In this document: positions 25,448-35,222 of the stretch, piece after piece
Layout of the letters: each line of letters opens with the position of its first letter
Position numbering within the stretch: position 1 is the first letter of the stretch
Origin: Roseibacillus sp.
Lineage (GTDB): Bacteria; Verrucomicrobiota; Verrucomicrobiia; Verrucomicrobiales; Akkermansiaceae
Direction: 5' to 3'
Assembly: GCA_051251855.1 (NCBI GenBank)
Contig: JBPOGI010000001.1
Location: 928,001-992,000 of the forward strand
DNA length: 64,000 bases
The notes under the pieces: generated by a model
Told to the model about the DNA's origin: nothing
Seen by the model: only the letters and a program-made list of their open reading frames with translations
Databases searched by the model: none
Made by a program: the position numbers and the translations under genes

Positions 25448-27259
25448 ATGAGTGTTGATTTTTGGACGTATTTGTTAGTGGGGTTGAGCTTTGCGCTCTA
25501 CATCGGAATTGCGATTTGGTCGCGAGCGGGAAGCACGGGGGAGTTCTATGTCGCTGGCGGCGGGGTGCCGAGTGTGGCTAATGGAATGGCGACTGCGGCG
25601 GACTGGATGAGCGCGGCTTCCTTTATCTCGATGGCTGGAATCATCTCTTTCGCGGGTCGAGATGGCTCGGTCTATCTGATGGGTTGGACGGGGGGGTATG
25701 TTTTACTGGCCTTGCTTCTGGCCCCTTATCTGAGGCGCTTCGGGAAGTTTACGGTGCCGGACTTCATTGGCGATCGTTACTACTCGCGAACAGCTCGCCT
25801 GGTGGCGGTGGTTTGTGCGATTTTTGTGAGCTTTACCTACGTGGCTGGTCAGATGCGTGGAGTGGGAGTTGTCTTCTCTCGCTTTCTCGGTTTGGAGGTG
25901 GAGGAGGGGGTTCTCGTGGGGATGGTGATTGTGCTTTTTTATGCCGTCTTAGGCGGGATGAAGGGGATTACCTACACTCAGGTGGCCCAGTATTGTGTTT
26001 TGATTTTCGCCTTCATGGTGCCGGCAATTTTCCTTTCGTTGATGATGGCGGGGAATCCGATTCCCCAGCTGGGTTTCGGAGGAATGGTGCCTGGCGAAGA
26101 TATTAGTCTTTTAGCGAAGCTGGACGGATTGAGCGAAGAACTCGGCTTTAATAAGTATACTGAGGGAAACAAGGCGACGGTAGATGTCTTTTTTATTACG
26201 GCGGCCTTGATGTGTGGAACGGCGGGATTGCCGCATGTGATTGTGCGATTTTATACCGTTAAGAAGGCGAGTGCGGCCCGTTCGTCAGCGTTATGGGCTC
26301 TCTTGTTTATTGCGATTCTCTACACGACGGCTCCTGCGATTGCTGTTTTTGCGCGCACGAACTTGCTGAATACGGTTTCGAATGCGGAGTATTCTAGTTT
26401 GCCAAAATGGTTTGGGAACTGGGAAGAAACGGGTCTGATTGCTTGGATGGATAAGAACGGTGACGGGAAGATTCAGTATACCGGAAGTGGGGCTGCCTTT
26501 GCCAAAATGGATGGGGCTTCGAAAGTGGCGCCTGAGTTTAAAGAAGAGCGAGGAGCGAATAATGAGCGCTTGTTGAACAATGGTGCGACTGAGAATGACA
26601 ACGAACTCTACATCGACCGAGACATCATGGTGCTGGCGAACCCTGAGATTGGGAATTTGCCGAACTGGGTCATTGGTTTGATTGCAGCGGGAGGGCTGGC
26701 TGCGGCGCTTTCAACTGCGGCGGGACTCTTGTTAGTGATTTCGACTTCGGTAGCTCACGATTTGGTGAAGAAGTCTTTCGCTCCGAATATGTCTGAGAAA
26801 ATGGAGTTGCGATTGGCGCGTGGTTCGGCTGCGGTTGCGGTGGTGATTGCGGGTTACTTTGGAATTAATCCACCAGGATTCGTGGCGCAGGTGGTTGCCT
26901 TTGCCTTTGGCTTGGCGGCGAGTTCGTTCTTCCCGGCTATTATTTTGGGAATTTTCACGAAGAGAACTTCAATGCAGGGCGCTGTTTCAGGAATGATTGT
27001 GGGGCTTGTATTTACGATGAGCTACATCATCTACTTCAAGTTCGTGAATCCTGATGCGAATGTTCCTGAGAACTGGTTTTTTGGGATTTCTCCGGAAGGT
27101 ATTGGAACTCTGGGTATGTTGCTGAACTTCGTAGTAGCTGTGGTGGTGTCACGTTTCACTCCTGCTCCACCCGCTGAGGTGATGGAGATTGTGGAAAAGG
27201 TGCGCTACCCCCGTGCGGCAATGGGCGATGACTCAGAGGCTGAGGTGGCGGTCCACTAG
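25448..27259 (+). CDS. Sodium:solute symporter (ActP-like, VC_2705 type)
   Basis: FYVAG, GMATAADWMSAASF, GTAGLPH, AAALSTA; many TM segments. Confidence 0.93.
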   Translation: MSVDFWTYLLVGLSFALYIGIAIWSRAGSTGEFYVAGGGVPSVANGMATAADWMSAASFISMAGIISFAGRDGSVYLMGWTGGYVLLALLLAPYLRRFGKFTVPDFIGDRYYSRTARLVAVVCAIFVSFTYVAGQMRGVGVVFSRFLGLEVEEGVLVGMVIVLFYAVLGGMKGITYTQVAQYCVLIFAFMVPAIFLSLMMAGNPIPQLGFGGMVPGEDISLLAKLDGLSEELGFNKYTEGNKATVDVFFITAALMCGTAGLPHVIVRFYTVKKASAARSSALWALLFIAILYTTAPAIAVFARTNLLNTVSNAEYSSLPKWFGNWEETGLIAWMDKNGDGKIQYTGSGAAFAKMDGASKVAPEFKEERGANNERLLNNGATENDNELYIDRDIMVLANPEIGNLPNWVIGLIAAGGLAAALSTAAGLLLVISTSVAHDLVKKSFAPNMSEKMELRLARGSAAVAVVIAGYFGINPPGFVAQVVAFAFGLAASSFFPAIILGIFTKRTSMQGAVSGMIVGLVFTMSYIIYFKFVNPDANVPENWFFGISPEGIGTLGMLLNFVVAVVVSRFTPAPPAEVMEIVEKVRYPRAAMGDDSEAEVAVH

Positions 27260-27502
27260 GCTGAATCGAATGGTTCTGCTAGTCTTGGAGTGCGTGCAGC
27301 TTTGGCCGTTTTGGGATGGATGGGAGAATTTCTCTAGAGTGACTGAAAGGAGCAAAGCTTGCTTGCTCCTCTCTTCTCCTAGTTACCTCGATTCAGAAGC
27401 GACGAAACGTCCAATGGTTGGTGCAGCAAGCTACTCCTTCTCGACGCGCGAGTGAGTTGCGAAGTTTGCTGCAAAAGCGGACACTCCGAGAAGACGAGCC
27501 GT

Positions 27503-28453
27503 TCATTGCTGGCTGGCGTTGAGGTAAAACTCGCAGAGGTCGGCGTATATGAGGTCTCCTTTTGCGAGAACGTTGCCGTGCCCCGCTTCAGGGATGAGGC
27601 GGAGGCGCTTTTCGGGGTGAGGCAGGTTCTGATAGATTTCCTTGGCATTACTTGGGGGGATAAAGGTGTCGTTTTTTCCGTGAGCAATGAAAACGGGGAG
27701 GTTGATACGTGAGGCTGCTTGCGCTGGTGAGATTTCGTGGAGGTCGAGGTTGTGGCGGACTCTCAGATCGAATTGGACTGCGGGAACGAGGGTTGCCAGC
27801 AGAGGTGATTTCTTGTCGGCGGTGCGTTTGATGGTATTCGAGAGATGAGCAAAAGTTGAGATGGACGCGACCGAATGGAAGCTACTGTTGTCGGCTGCGG
27901 CGAGCTGCAGGGCGATAGCGCCGCCCTGTGAGAGACCGAAGATACCGAAATTGTCAGGAAGACTGTGCTCTTCTTGGAAATAGGAAACGAGTTGGAGGAG
28001 AGAGGGCACTTCGTTTTTTCCGAAGGTTGCTATCTTTTGAGGATTCTCACCATGACCAGGAAGGTCGGGGATCAAACAAGTGAAGCCAACGGCGCAGAAA
28101 CGCTCCGCTATGGCGAGGTGATGTTCCTTGCGGCTGGCGTGACCGTGGAGCAGGAGAATGGCGGCGGGTTTCTGGTGTGCGGAGACTTGGCGATCATGAA
28201 GTTGTTTTCGAAGAATTCGGCCTTTTTCGCCGGTGATATTGAGACCAAGACAGAGAAGGTAGGGAGTGCCGTCAGGTGCCGTATGGGAAGTAATCGTCAT
28301 GCCGTGTTCGGTGGGTTCGGCGAGAATCTGATGGTGAACTTCTCGGAGGCGCGCTCGTTCTGGCGAGATGATTCGATTGCTGGCGGTCTGAATGAAAATG
28401 ATGCAGACGAGAAGGATGATAATGAGGGGGATGGCGATGAGACGGCGTTTCAT
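27503..28453 (-). CDS. Alpha/beta hydrolase with N-terminal anchor
   Basis: LLHG, DLPGHG, GLSQG nucleophile elbow, HGKND, AGH. Confidence 0.9.
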   Translation of the reverse strand: MKRRLIAIPLIIILLVCIIFIQTASNRIISPERARLREVHHQILAEPTEHGMTITSHTAPDGTPYLLCLGLNITGEKGRILRKQLHDRQVSAHQKPAAILLLHGHASRKEHHLAIAERFCAVGFTCLIPDLPGHGENPQKIATFGKNEVPSLLQLVSYFQEEHSLPDNFGIFGLSQGGAIALQLAAADNSSFHSVASISTFAHLSNTIKRTADKKSPLLATLVPAVQFDLRVRHNLDLHEISPAQAASRINLPVFIAHGKNDTFIPPSNAKEIYQNLPHPEKRLRLIPEAGHGNVLAKGDLIYADLCEFYLNASQQ

Positions 28454-28569
28454 TGGATTTGGAGAGGACGGCGTGGAGACTCGCGTTTCTTTATGAAGAC
28501 TTGATGAAGGCAGGATGAATTTGTCTCTGGTCTTGCTGAGGGGCGAGAGGGTGAGTAAAACTCCAAGCG

Positions 28570-29091
28570 ATGGCAGTATTGCTCGACGAGGAAGAGATAG
28601 CGGAGGCGGTGGATCGTCTTGCGGAACAGATTTTGGAGGCTGGCGAAGGCCCTATTTGTGTTGTGGGGATTCGGAGCCGAGGAGATGAGGTGGCGGAGAG
28701 GGTTTGTAATCGCTTGGCGGAGACGGACCGAGATTTGCAATATGGGGTGCTTGATATTTCGCTTTATCGGGATGATTTGGAGCATTTGAAGCAAAACCCT
28801 AAGTTGCAGAGCAGCGAGATTTCCTTTCCGATGGAGGGCGCACACGTGATTTTGGTGGATGACGTTCTATTTACAGGAAGGACGATTCGAGCGGCATTGG
28901 ATGCGTTGACGGATTATGGCCGACCACAGAAGGTGGAGTTGGCGGTATTGATTGACCGCGGTTGGCGGGAACTGCCGATTGAGCCGACTTTTGTGGGGAA
29001 AATTTTGGAGACGAATCGATTGGACCGGGTGGTGGTTCACTTGCAAGGGACTGACGGGAAGGATTTGGTAGAGCTACAAACAAACGATTAG
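28570..29091 (+). CDS. pyrR: PyrR (pyrimidine regulator/uracil phosphoribosyltransferase)
   Basis: GIRSRG, LDISLYRDD, LVDDVLFTGRT, DRGWRELPI. Confidence 0.95.
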   Translation: MAVLLDEEEIAEAVDRLAEQILEAGEGPICVVGIRSRGDEVAERVCNRLAETDRDLQYGVLDISLYRDDLEHLKQNPKLQSSEISFPMEGAHVILVDDVLFTGRTIRAALDALTDYGRPQKVELAVLIDRGWRELPIEPTFVGKILETNRLDRVVVHLQGTDGKDLVELQTND

Positions 29092-29094
29092 ACC

Positions 29095-30021
29095 ATGGTG
29101 AGAAAAGATTTGCTGGATCTCGCTTCTCTCAGTCGCGAGGAGATTGAGGAGATTCTAGGGCAAGCGAAGCCTCTAAAGGACGTGTTCCAGCGTTCGGTGA
29201 AGAAGTTTCCTGCGCTGAAGGGGAAGACGGTGTTGATGCTTTTTTATGAGCCCAGCACGCGAACGCTCAGCTCCTTTGAAGTGGCCGCGAAGCGGATGGG
29301 CGCAGACGTAACGGTCTTTGATGTCCCAAGTTCTTCGGTGGTGAAGGGGGAAAGTGTGAAGGATACCGTGGATACTTTGCAGGCGATGCAGGCTGATTAT
29401 ATTGTGGTGCGGCATCAGATGCCTGGTCTTCCGGGACGGATTGCGGATATGACTCGGGCTAGTGTGATTAGCGCGGGTGACGGAGCTCATGCTCATCCGA
29501 CGCAAGGTCTGTTAGATGCTTATACCTTGCGAGAGGTCTTTCCCACGGAAGAAGGAAAGCGAGTGCTCATTGCGGGAGATATTCGGCATAGTCGAGTGGC
29601 TCGTTCGACCAGTACGGCACTGAAAAAGTTGGGGTTCGAAGTCGCTTTTCTAGGGCCGGGCTCGTTGGTTCCAGAGGAGTCAGGATTCAAACGTTTTACG
29701 AATTTTGAGGAGGCTTGGAAGTGGAAGCCGGATGTGTTCTACATGTTGCGAGTTCAAAAGGAGCGACAAGGTTGCCAGTTCTTTCCTAGTGTCAGTGAGT
29801 ATCATAAGCTTTATGGCCTCACGCAGGACCGCTTTCGTCGTATTGAGGATGAGGGACTCTGGGTGATGCATCCGGGACCCGTGAATCGAGGAGTAGAATT
29901 AGTAGACTCGGTAATGGACTACGAACGATGTCTCATTAATCAGCAGGTTGAGAATGGAATCGCAGTCAGAATGGCAGTCCTCTATTTACTGAAGCAAGGT
30001 GAGGAAGAGGGAACGGTTTAG
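29095..30021 (+). CDS. pyrB: Aspartate carbamoyltransferase catalytic subunit
   Basis: FYEPSTRT, HPTQ, HSRV, LRVQKER, HPGPVNRGVE. Confidence 0.97.
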   Translation: MVRKDLLDLASLSREEIEEILGQAKPLKDVFQRSVKKFPALKGKTVLMLFYEPSTRTLSSFEVAAKRMGADVTVFDVPSSSVVKGESVKDTVDTLQAMQADYIVVRHQMPGLPGRIADMTRASVISAGDGAHAHPTQGLLDAYTLREVFPTEEGKRVLIAGDIRHSRVARSTSTALKKLGFEVAFLGPGSLVPEESGFKRFTNFEEAWKWKPDVFYMLRVQKERQGCQFFPSVSEYHKLYGLTQDRFRRIEDEGLWVMHPGPVNRGVELVDSVMDYERCLINQQVENGIAVRMAVLYLLKQGEEEGTV

Positions 30022-30053
30022 CTCTGTATTGAGCGAGTAGTAATTATTAAGTA

Positions 30054-30434
30054 ATGAAGATTCAAAAGGCTGCATTCATCGCGTTTCCCGCATCTGATTT
30101 CGAGGAGTCGCTTCGCTTCTATCAGGAGTTGTTAGGGCTGCCTTTAGTGTGTGAAGGAAGGGATGACTTTTCTCGCTTCGCTCGCTTTGATTGCAGCGGT
30201 TTTGGAATCCATGTCTATGAATGGACGAAGCCTTTCAATCGTGCTCATACAGGTCTTCAGCTGTATGTGGATGATGTTGATGCGCTGCATACAGAGCTGC
30301 GGAGTAAGGGGGTGAAGTTTAGCGGTGCTATTCGTGACGAGCCTTGGGGAGGTAGGGTTGTTACCGTCAGTGATCCCGATGGCAATCTGTTCGACCTGCT
30401 CAACTCTGACTTTGATCGGATCATCCCAACCTAA
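30054..30434 (+). CDS. VOC/glyoxalase family protein
   Basis: FYQELLG, VDDVD, PWGGR, DPDGN. Confidence 0.9.
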   Translation: MKIQKAAFIAFPASDFEESLRFYQELLGLPLVCEGRDDFSRFARFDCSGFGIHVYEWTKPFNRAHTGLQLYVDDVDALHTELRSKGVKFSGAIRDEPWGGRVVTVSDPDGNLFDLLNSDFDRIIPT

Positions 30435-30485
30435 TAAGAATCTCTGCTGTTTTGCGCGAGAATTCTTGGGTTTTTGCGACTCAGG

Positions 30486-31118
30486 CTACTCGTTCTCGCT
30501 GTGATCGCGAATCATGGTGAGGTAGCGCAAAAGAAGATCGTAGCGCGCATCGAGCGAGGGTTCGCTGAGAATCTGAAGACGAATATCGGGGTCTTGCACA
30601 AACTGTTGGGCGACAGCATCGGCGAGGATGACGGGTTCACCGTTGGTGCGGTCGAGAACGTGATTGATTTCCTTTTTGACTTCGAGAGGGAAGCCGGACA
30701 GAGCTTCGTTCACTCGGTCTCGGAGCTTTGAGGCCATGAGCGGGCCTTCGTCTGAAGGAAAGGGGTCCGCGGTCATGGGGACAATGTGCGCGTATGGGTA
30801 TGTCTTACCTCCAGGCCAAGCAGAAAACCGGACACGATAGACGCCATGGAGCACGAGGTTGGAACGGCCATCGTCCATCTCGCGTGAAGCTCGGATCAGG
30901 CCCACGGTGCCGATGGGATGCACACAGCTGTTAAGGTCTTTGCCTTCCTCTTCGACCAAGGTGCCGACACAAATCATACAATGGCTTTCGAGGGCTTCCT
31001 CGAGCATCTCACGATACCGTTCTTCGAAGATGTGCAGGGGAAGCGCTCCGTGGGGGAAAAGAACGGTTTCGGGCAGCAGGATGGCGCCGCAGAATTCGGG
31101 AATATTGATACCACTCAT
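30486..31118 (-). CDS. LON peptidase substrate-binding domain protein
   Basis: VLFP, LPLHIFEERY, GTVG, DGRSN; no ATPase domain. Confidence 0.9.
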   Translation of the reverse strand: MSGINIPEFCGAILLPETVLFPHGALPLHIFEERYREMLEEALESHCMICVGTLVEEEGKDLNSCVHPIGTVGLIRASREMDDGRSNLVLHGVYRVRFSAWPGGKTYPYAHIVPMTADPFPSDEGPLMASKLRDRVNEALSGFPLEVKKEINHVLDRTNGEPVILADAVAQQFVQDPDIRLQILSEPSLDARYDLLLRYLTMIRDHSENE

Positions 31119-31864
31119 GATGGGTTGGGGACCTTGTTTTTTCGTTTTTTAATGAGGCGTATGGAGGCGCAGACTGCCAAAATAAGCAAGAGGCCTGCCA
31201 ACGCTAAATAGCGCGAGAGATGAGGAAGGGGAGCTGAGAATTTCATCTCAACCGGACCTGCCAGCAAGGTTGTGAGAGGGACTTGCCACTGGAGACTTTT
31301 CCCGTCCTTGGAGACATGGTCGGCGTTGTGGGTTGTGGCGGGAGTCGGGAGGTGGATTTGGTAAGTAAGTTTTGAGTCGCCGAGAAGTCGGTTCGTCATG
31401 GGATTGATACTTTCGGGCGGGACGAGAGGACGAACGTCAACTTGCCGAGAGAAGAGAAGCTTGGGGAAGGAGATCTTGAGGCTGGTATCTCCAAACAGGA
31501 TTTCTTCGTCGGACTTTTCAGCGGAGCCGGGAGGATCTCGAAATTTCTGAAGGACCGAGCCGACTTTACGAGCGTCTTTGAAGGAAAGCTTGGCCGTGAG
31601 AATCGTTTTGGAGCCGTCTCTAACGGCCTCGAGATGATTGAGAGAGACGTTGTCGGAATCGGCGAGTCCTTCTTTGGCGTCTGCGATGACTTGCTCCACG
31701 CCACCAAACCTTGAGAAGAGAAGAGTGGGTGCTGAAACTTTGACACGGGCGTGTCCGGAGGCGTCGGGGTTAACCCAGACCTCTTCCTCGCCCTCGATGC
31801 AAGAGTTGAGAAAGAAGGGCGTCAGTAGAAAAAGACAGAGGGCTGTAAGGCGGTGGAAGGAGAT
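31115..31864 (-). CDS. LppM-like lipoprotein with C-terminal TM anchor; the frame extends to a non-canonical ATC at 31864
   Basis: In-frame extension upstream of 31699: ISFHRLTALCLFLLTPFFLNS-C-IEGEEEVWVNPDASG; later LP...HNAD...LQW motif. Confidence 0.65.
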   Translation of the reverse strand: MSFHRLTALCLFLLTPFFLNSCIEGEEEVWVNPDASGHARVKVSAPTLLFSRFGGVEQVIADAKEGLADSDNVSLNHLEAVRDGSKTILTAKLSFKDARKVGSVLQKFRDPPGSAEKSDEEILFGDTSLKISFPKLLFSRQVDVRPLVPPESINPMTNRLLGDSKLTYQIHLPTPATTHNADHVSKDGKSLQWQVPLTTLLAGPVEMKFSAPLPHLSRYLALAGLLLILAVCASIRLIKKRKNKVPNPS

Positions 31865-31974
31865 GCGTTAAGAATAGAACGAAAGAGGTTTTGCGATAGT
31901 GGATTTTCGCAAAACGGCGCATGTTTTTTCTCCACTAGAATCAGGGCGAGGAGAGGATTATCCGGAATTTCTAC

Positions 31975-34224
31975 CTAGTTCTGATGAATGGTAGAATAAA
32001 TGGTGCCGATCAGCACCTCGCCATCGGTGGACTCAAGGTCATAGGCGATTTGCATCTGCTGGGCAGGTTTCAAGGTAGGGATGGTAAGGATGACGGTCTC
32101 GCGGTCTTCGCTCAATTCTGCAGCTGTTACTTCCACGCTGTCCTGTTTTTTGTGGCTTTTTTTCTCTTGCTCAAGAGCACTTTTCTCGGCTGCAAGGTCG
32201 GGGTTGTCGATGGAGAACTGGCCGGAACCATACTGGGGCCCTCGAATGTATTTCCAACGCTTGATGGCGAAGGACTCGGGGTCGGTGGCGAGTTCTTCAT
32301 CAAGCTCGCTATCGAATCGCAAGGTGAGCTTGTCGCCGGAAACGGACATGGCTTCAGGGAGTCCAAGGAGAGTGCCTTCGTTGTGGCGGATGCGCTGAAT
32401 TCCGGATTCGGTGGCGGCATTGGATTGCCAGCCTCTCATCCCAGCCACATACATTGAACCGTCTTTGTGGAAGGCGGCACGTTGAGCTGAGGATGAAAGT
32501 TTGATGGGCAGCTTAATGACCCCTCCTTGAATTTGGCCATTATCAAGCTGCTGTGTCAAAACGCGGTAGACAGTTGATTGACCGTAGGAAAGATGGAGGA
32601 GTTCTCCGGGAGAGAGGCCAATCTTGGCCTGCTTGGGAACCCAGATTTGGCCGCCGCCCGAGTTATCGACATTCATGGGGAGATAGCAAAGAGGCTCGTG
32701 GAACTCTTTCTCGAGGCCTTGTCGTGCTTGTTCAGTGCCGAGAAAGACAGGGCGTTGGTCTTTCGTGAAGTAGTTGATTTTGCAGCAGGGCTGCCAAGTG
32801 CCTTCGTTTTCGCCGGTCGTGAGCTCGCCATTGGGACCGACTCCAATGCCACCAGGCGCGCGCAGCCCTGTGGCGACAACGGTTAGGTTTTTGCCGTCAG
32901 GAGTGAGCTTCATGAAGGCTCCATTGTGATCGAGGATTTTGTCGAAGTTACGGCCACCTGGGCGGACGGGGGATGCCTTGGCAAAGTAGAAGTTGCCCTC
33001 GGAGTCGGTCTCGAGTCCGAAGGAGAACTCGTGGAAGTTGTCGGTGATGAGAACGTCGTAGTTGAAGACTTTATAATGATCGGCCTCGTTATCGTCGTTG
33101 AGGTCAATGACTTGCCAGATGCCATCGCGGCAGTTGAGGTGAATGACATCGTTAACGATCTTCAGTCCCAAGGGCTCGAAGAGACCTGCGGCGAAGCGCT
33201 TCCAAGTAAGGGTCTTGAATTCATTGAGCCCTGAGACGATCCAGACATCGCCACCCCACGTGCAGACTGCTGCGCGGTCGCCCTCGGAGAAGATGTCAAA
33301 ATCGGTGATGCGAACCTTGTTTTTGTAGGGGGACTGTTCGAGTTGAGGTGGGAGAGGAATCTGGTCGACAAGAAAGGCACCGTCACTGTTGCTAAGGGCT
33401 GCTGCCACTTCGAAGGTTTCGGGATAGATAGATGGTCCGCCTTCTGTTTGGCTATCGAGGCCAAGAATTCCGCTTCGCATCAGTTCGATGGCGCCACCTG
33501 GATAGTAATCGATTCCAATGATATCGGTGCTTTGCTTAGTGAGGTCCCAAACAATCCCGTCGTCTCCTTGAGTCATGGTGACCGTTCCCTTGGGTTTGGA
33601 CGACTCTTCGGAAGGGATGGTGGAAAGACGGGTGCGATAGGTGCCCTCATGGCCTTCGATATGGAGAATGCGTCTGATGTTTTCACCATCCATAACGACT
33701 TTTTCAAGGATTGGAGTCCCGTTAACCTTGTAGTCGAGAATAACTTCGTGCCCATGGCGGTAATAGCCTTTGAATTGCAAGTGCTCAAAATTCCCATGAC
33801 CAGGATGTTTTCGAGTGTCAGCAAAGGACCCTTCTGAGTCGGCCCAAGCTGGGCTGTTGGCGTTGTTAAAATAAGGAGACTCCTGATTGAGAATTTTGTT
33901 CTGGGTCCCATGTTTTCCGGCGAAGGGTGTGTTATCGAGTGAGACTCCCTTATTGGTAGCTGTGACGAGTTGCAAGGTCTCGGTATTGAAGACGGCGACC
34001 AAGTTTCGATTTTCGGGATCGGGATGGAGGAGAATCCCTTTGATTGCCGCATCGGAACGATATTCGCCCTGATAATAATCTCCCCAAGTTTGCGCAAAGG
34101 CTGGGCCAAAGTCCGCGTGGTCGAACCAAGTGCTTTTTTCCTTTTTCTTAGGGGCGGCAGATAGGGAAATAATTGAGAGAAAAAGAAATGAATAGAGAAC
34201 GTTCATCAGTGGTAGATTCTGCAT
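31975..34224 (-). CDS. Secreted DUF6797-like protein with beta-propeller region (PVC-type)
   Basis: Signal peptide, DFGP, FAAGLFEPLGL, HEFSFGL, ATGLRAP, YGS. Confidence 0.7.
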   Translation of the reverse strand: MQNLPLMNVLYSFLFLSIISLSAAPKKKEKSTWFDHADFGPAFAQTWGDYYQGEYRSDAAIKGILLHPDPENRNLVAVFNTETLQLVTATNKGVSLDNTPFAGKHGTQNKILNQESPYFNNANSPAWADSEGSFADTRKHPGHGNFEHLQFKGYYRHGHEVILDYKVNGTPILEKVVMDGENIRRILHIEGHEGTYRTRLSTIPSEESSKPKGTVTMTQGDDGIVWDLTKQSTDIIGIDYYPGGAIELMRSGILGLDSQTEGGPSIYPETFEVAAALSNSDGAFLVDQIPLPPQLEQSPYKNKVRITDFDIFSEGDRAAVCTWGGDVWIVSGLNEFKTLTWKRFAAGLFEPLGLKIVNDVIHLNCRDGIWQVIDLNDDNEADHYKVFNYDVLITDNFHEFSFGLETDSEGNFYFAKASPVRPGGRNFDKILDHNGAFMKLTPDGKNLTVVATGLRAPGGIGVGPNGELTTGENEGTWQPCCKINYFTKDQRPVFLGTEQARQGLEKEFHEPLCYLPMNVDNSGGGQIWVPKQAKIGLSPGELLHLSYGQSTVYRVLTQQLDNGQIQGGVIKLPIKLSSSAQRAAFHKDGSMYVAGMRGWQSNAATESGIQRIRHNEGTLLGLPEAMSVSGDKLTLRFDSELDEELATDPESFAIKRWKYIRGPQYGSGQFSIDNPDLAAEKSALEQEKKSHKKQDSVEVTAAELSEDRETVILTIPTLKPAQQMQIAYDLESTDGEVLIGTIYSTIHQN

Positions 34225-34350
34225 TTAAGACCTTCTCCTACGAAGTAAAACGGTAGAATATTCCGACTTTAACACTGGAAGTTCTAGAAAGCTGAATGAA
34301 AATGGGCTTGTTTCCGTCTCAAAGCAGTGTTCAAAGATACCAACTCCTCG

Positions 34351-35169
34351 ATGAAAAACCTGACTCTCCCCACGCTATTCGCCTTCAGCCTTTTGCAGAC
34401 TACTCCCCTTGTAGCCAATGAATTATCTGATTTAGTAAGACCGAATCTCGATGAACTTCGTGAGGCAGCAGAGGAGGAAAGGCTCAAAGAGGAGGCTCGC
34501 CTCAAGAGGTTGCAGGAAGAAGAGGAAGCCAAGCGTCTTGAGGAAGAAGCTCGTTTGGAAGCTATCGAAGCCGCGAAAAAGGATCCTCTTGTTGATCCTG
34601 AGAGCTTGAAGCTCGCAGGTGATACCGCTGGCAAAGAGTCTTACAAGATCGAGTCGGGTGGAACCCTGGGCGCGATTGCGTCAGACCGTTATGGAAGCTC
34701 ACAGTATTTTCCCATTGTGGAGCACTGGAATGGAGTGAACGCGACCAAAATTTTTGTGGGTCAAGTGATCAAGACCCCAAGTATCGCCACCATCATGAAG
34801 ATTAAGGGCAAGAATGTGCTCGCCCGTTATCCTGATGAAATGTCAGCGATGCTTCAATTACGAGAGGACTATCTCGTTCTTGAACCTCAGTTGCGAGCGG
34901 GTGGCGAAATGAGTGAGGAACTCAAGACGACGCTCACTGAGATGCATGCGACGGCAAAGAAGATTCATGCGGGCTTTCTAGTGAAGCGTCCCGGAGTCCA
35001 TGAGTATGCAAGTGGACTGTTGGCACAATGTAAGAATGTGGTGGACCAGTTTGCGGCCATGAAGAATGGAGACCTAGGAAACAAAAACTCTCGGATTACC
35101 CGAGTGCATACTTGCTTGGGATACGCGATGAGGAATGCGATGGTCTGGGGTGAAGAAGACTTTAAGTAA
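34351..35169 (+). CDS. Secreted protein with coiled coil and LysM-like domain
   Basis: Signal peptide; EEEAR-rich coil; YKIESGGTLGAIA...N...IFVGQVIKTP. Confidence 0.75.
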   Translation: MKNLTLPTLFAFSLLQTTPLVANELSDLVRPNLDELREAAEEERLKEEARLKRLQEEEEAKRLEEEARLEAIEAAKKDPLVDPESLKLAGDTAGKESYKIESGGTLGAIASDRYGSSQYFPIVEHWNGVNATKIFVGQVIKTPSIATIMKIKGKNVLARYPDEMSAMLQLREDYLVLEPQLRAGGEMSEELKTTLTEMHATAKKIHAGFLVKRPGVHEYASGLLAQCKNVVDQFAAMKNGDLGNKNSRITRVHTCLGYAMRNAMVWGEEDFK

Positions 35170-35222
35170 GGGGCTTGTCTCTTTCTTTTCACTCGTAGAG
35201 TGGGCTTCGGCCTTGAAGCTGA

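Noticed and set aside
26446..26480. EF-hand-like DKNGDGKI in the symporter
   Set aside because: To my knowledge a usual loop feature of this symporter subfamily, so not novel.
34455..34575. Imperfect GAGGAAGAAGC-type DNA repeats
   Set aside because: They only encode a Glu/Ala/Arg coiled coil.
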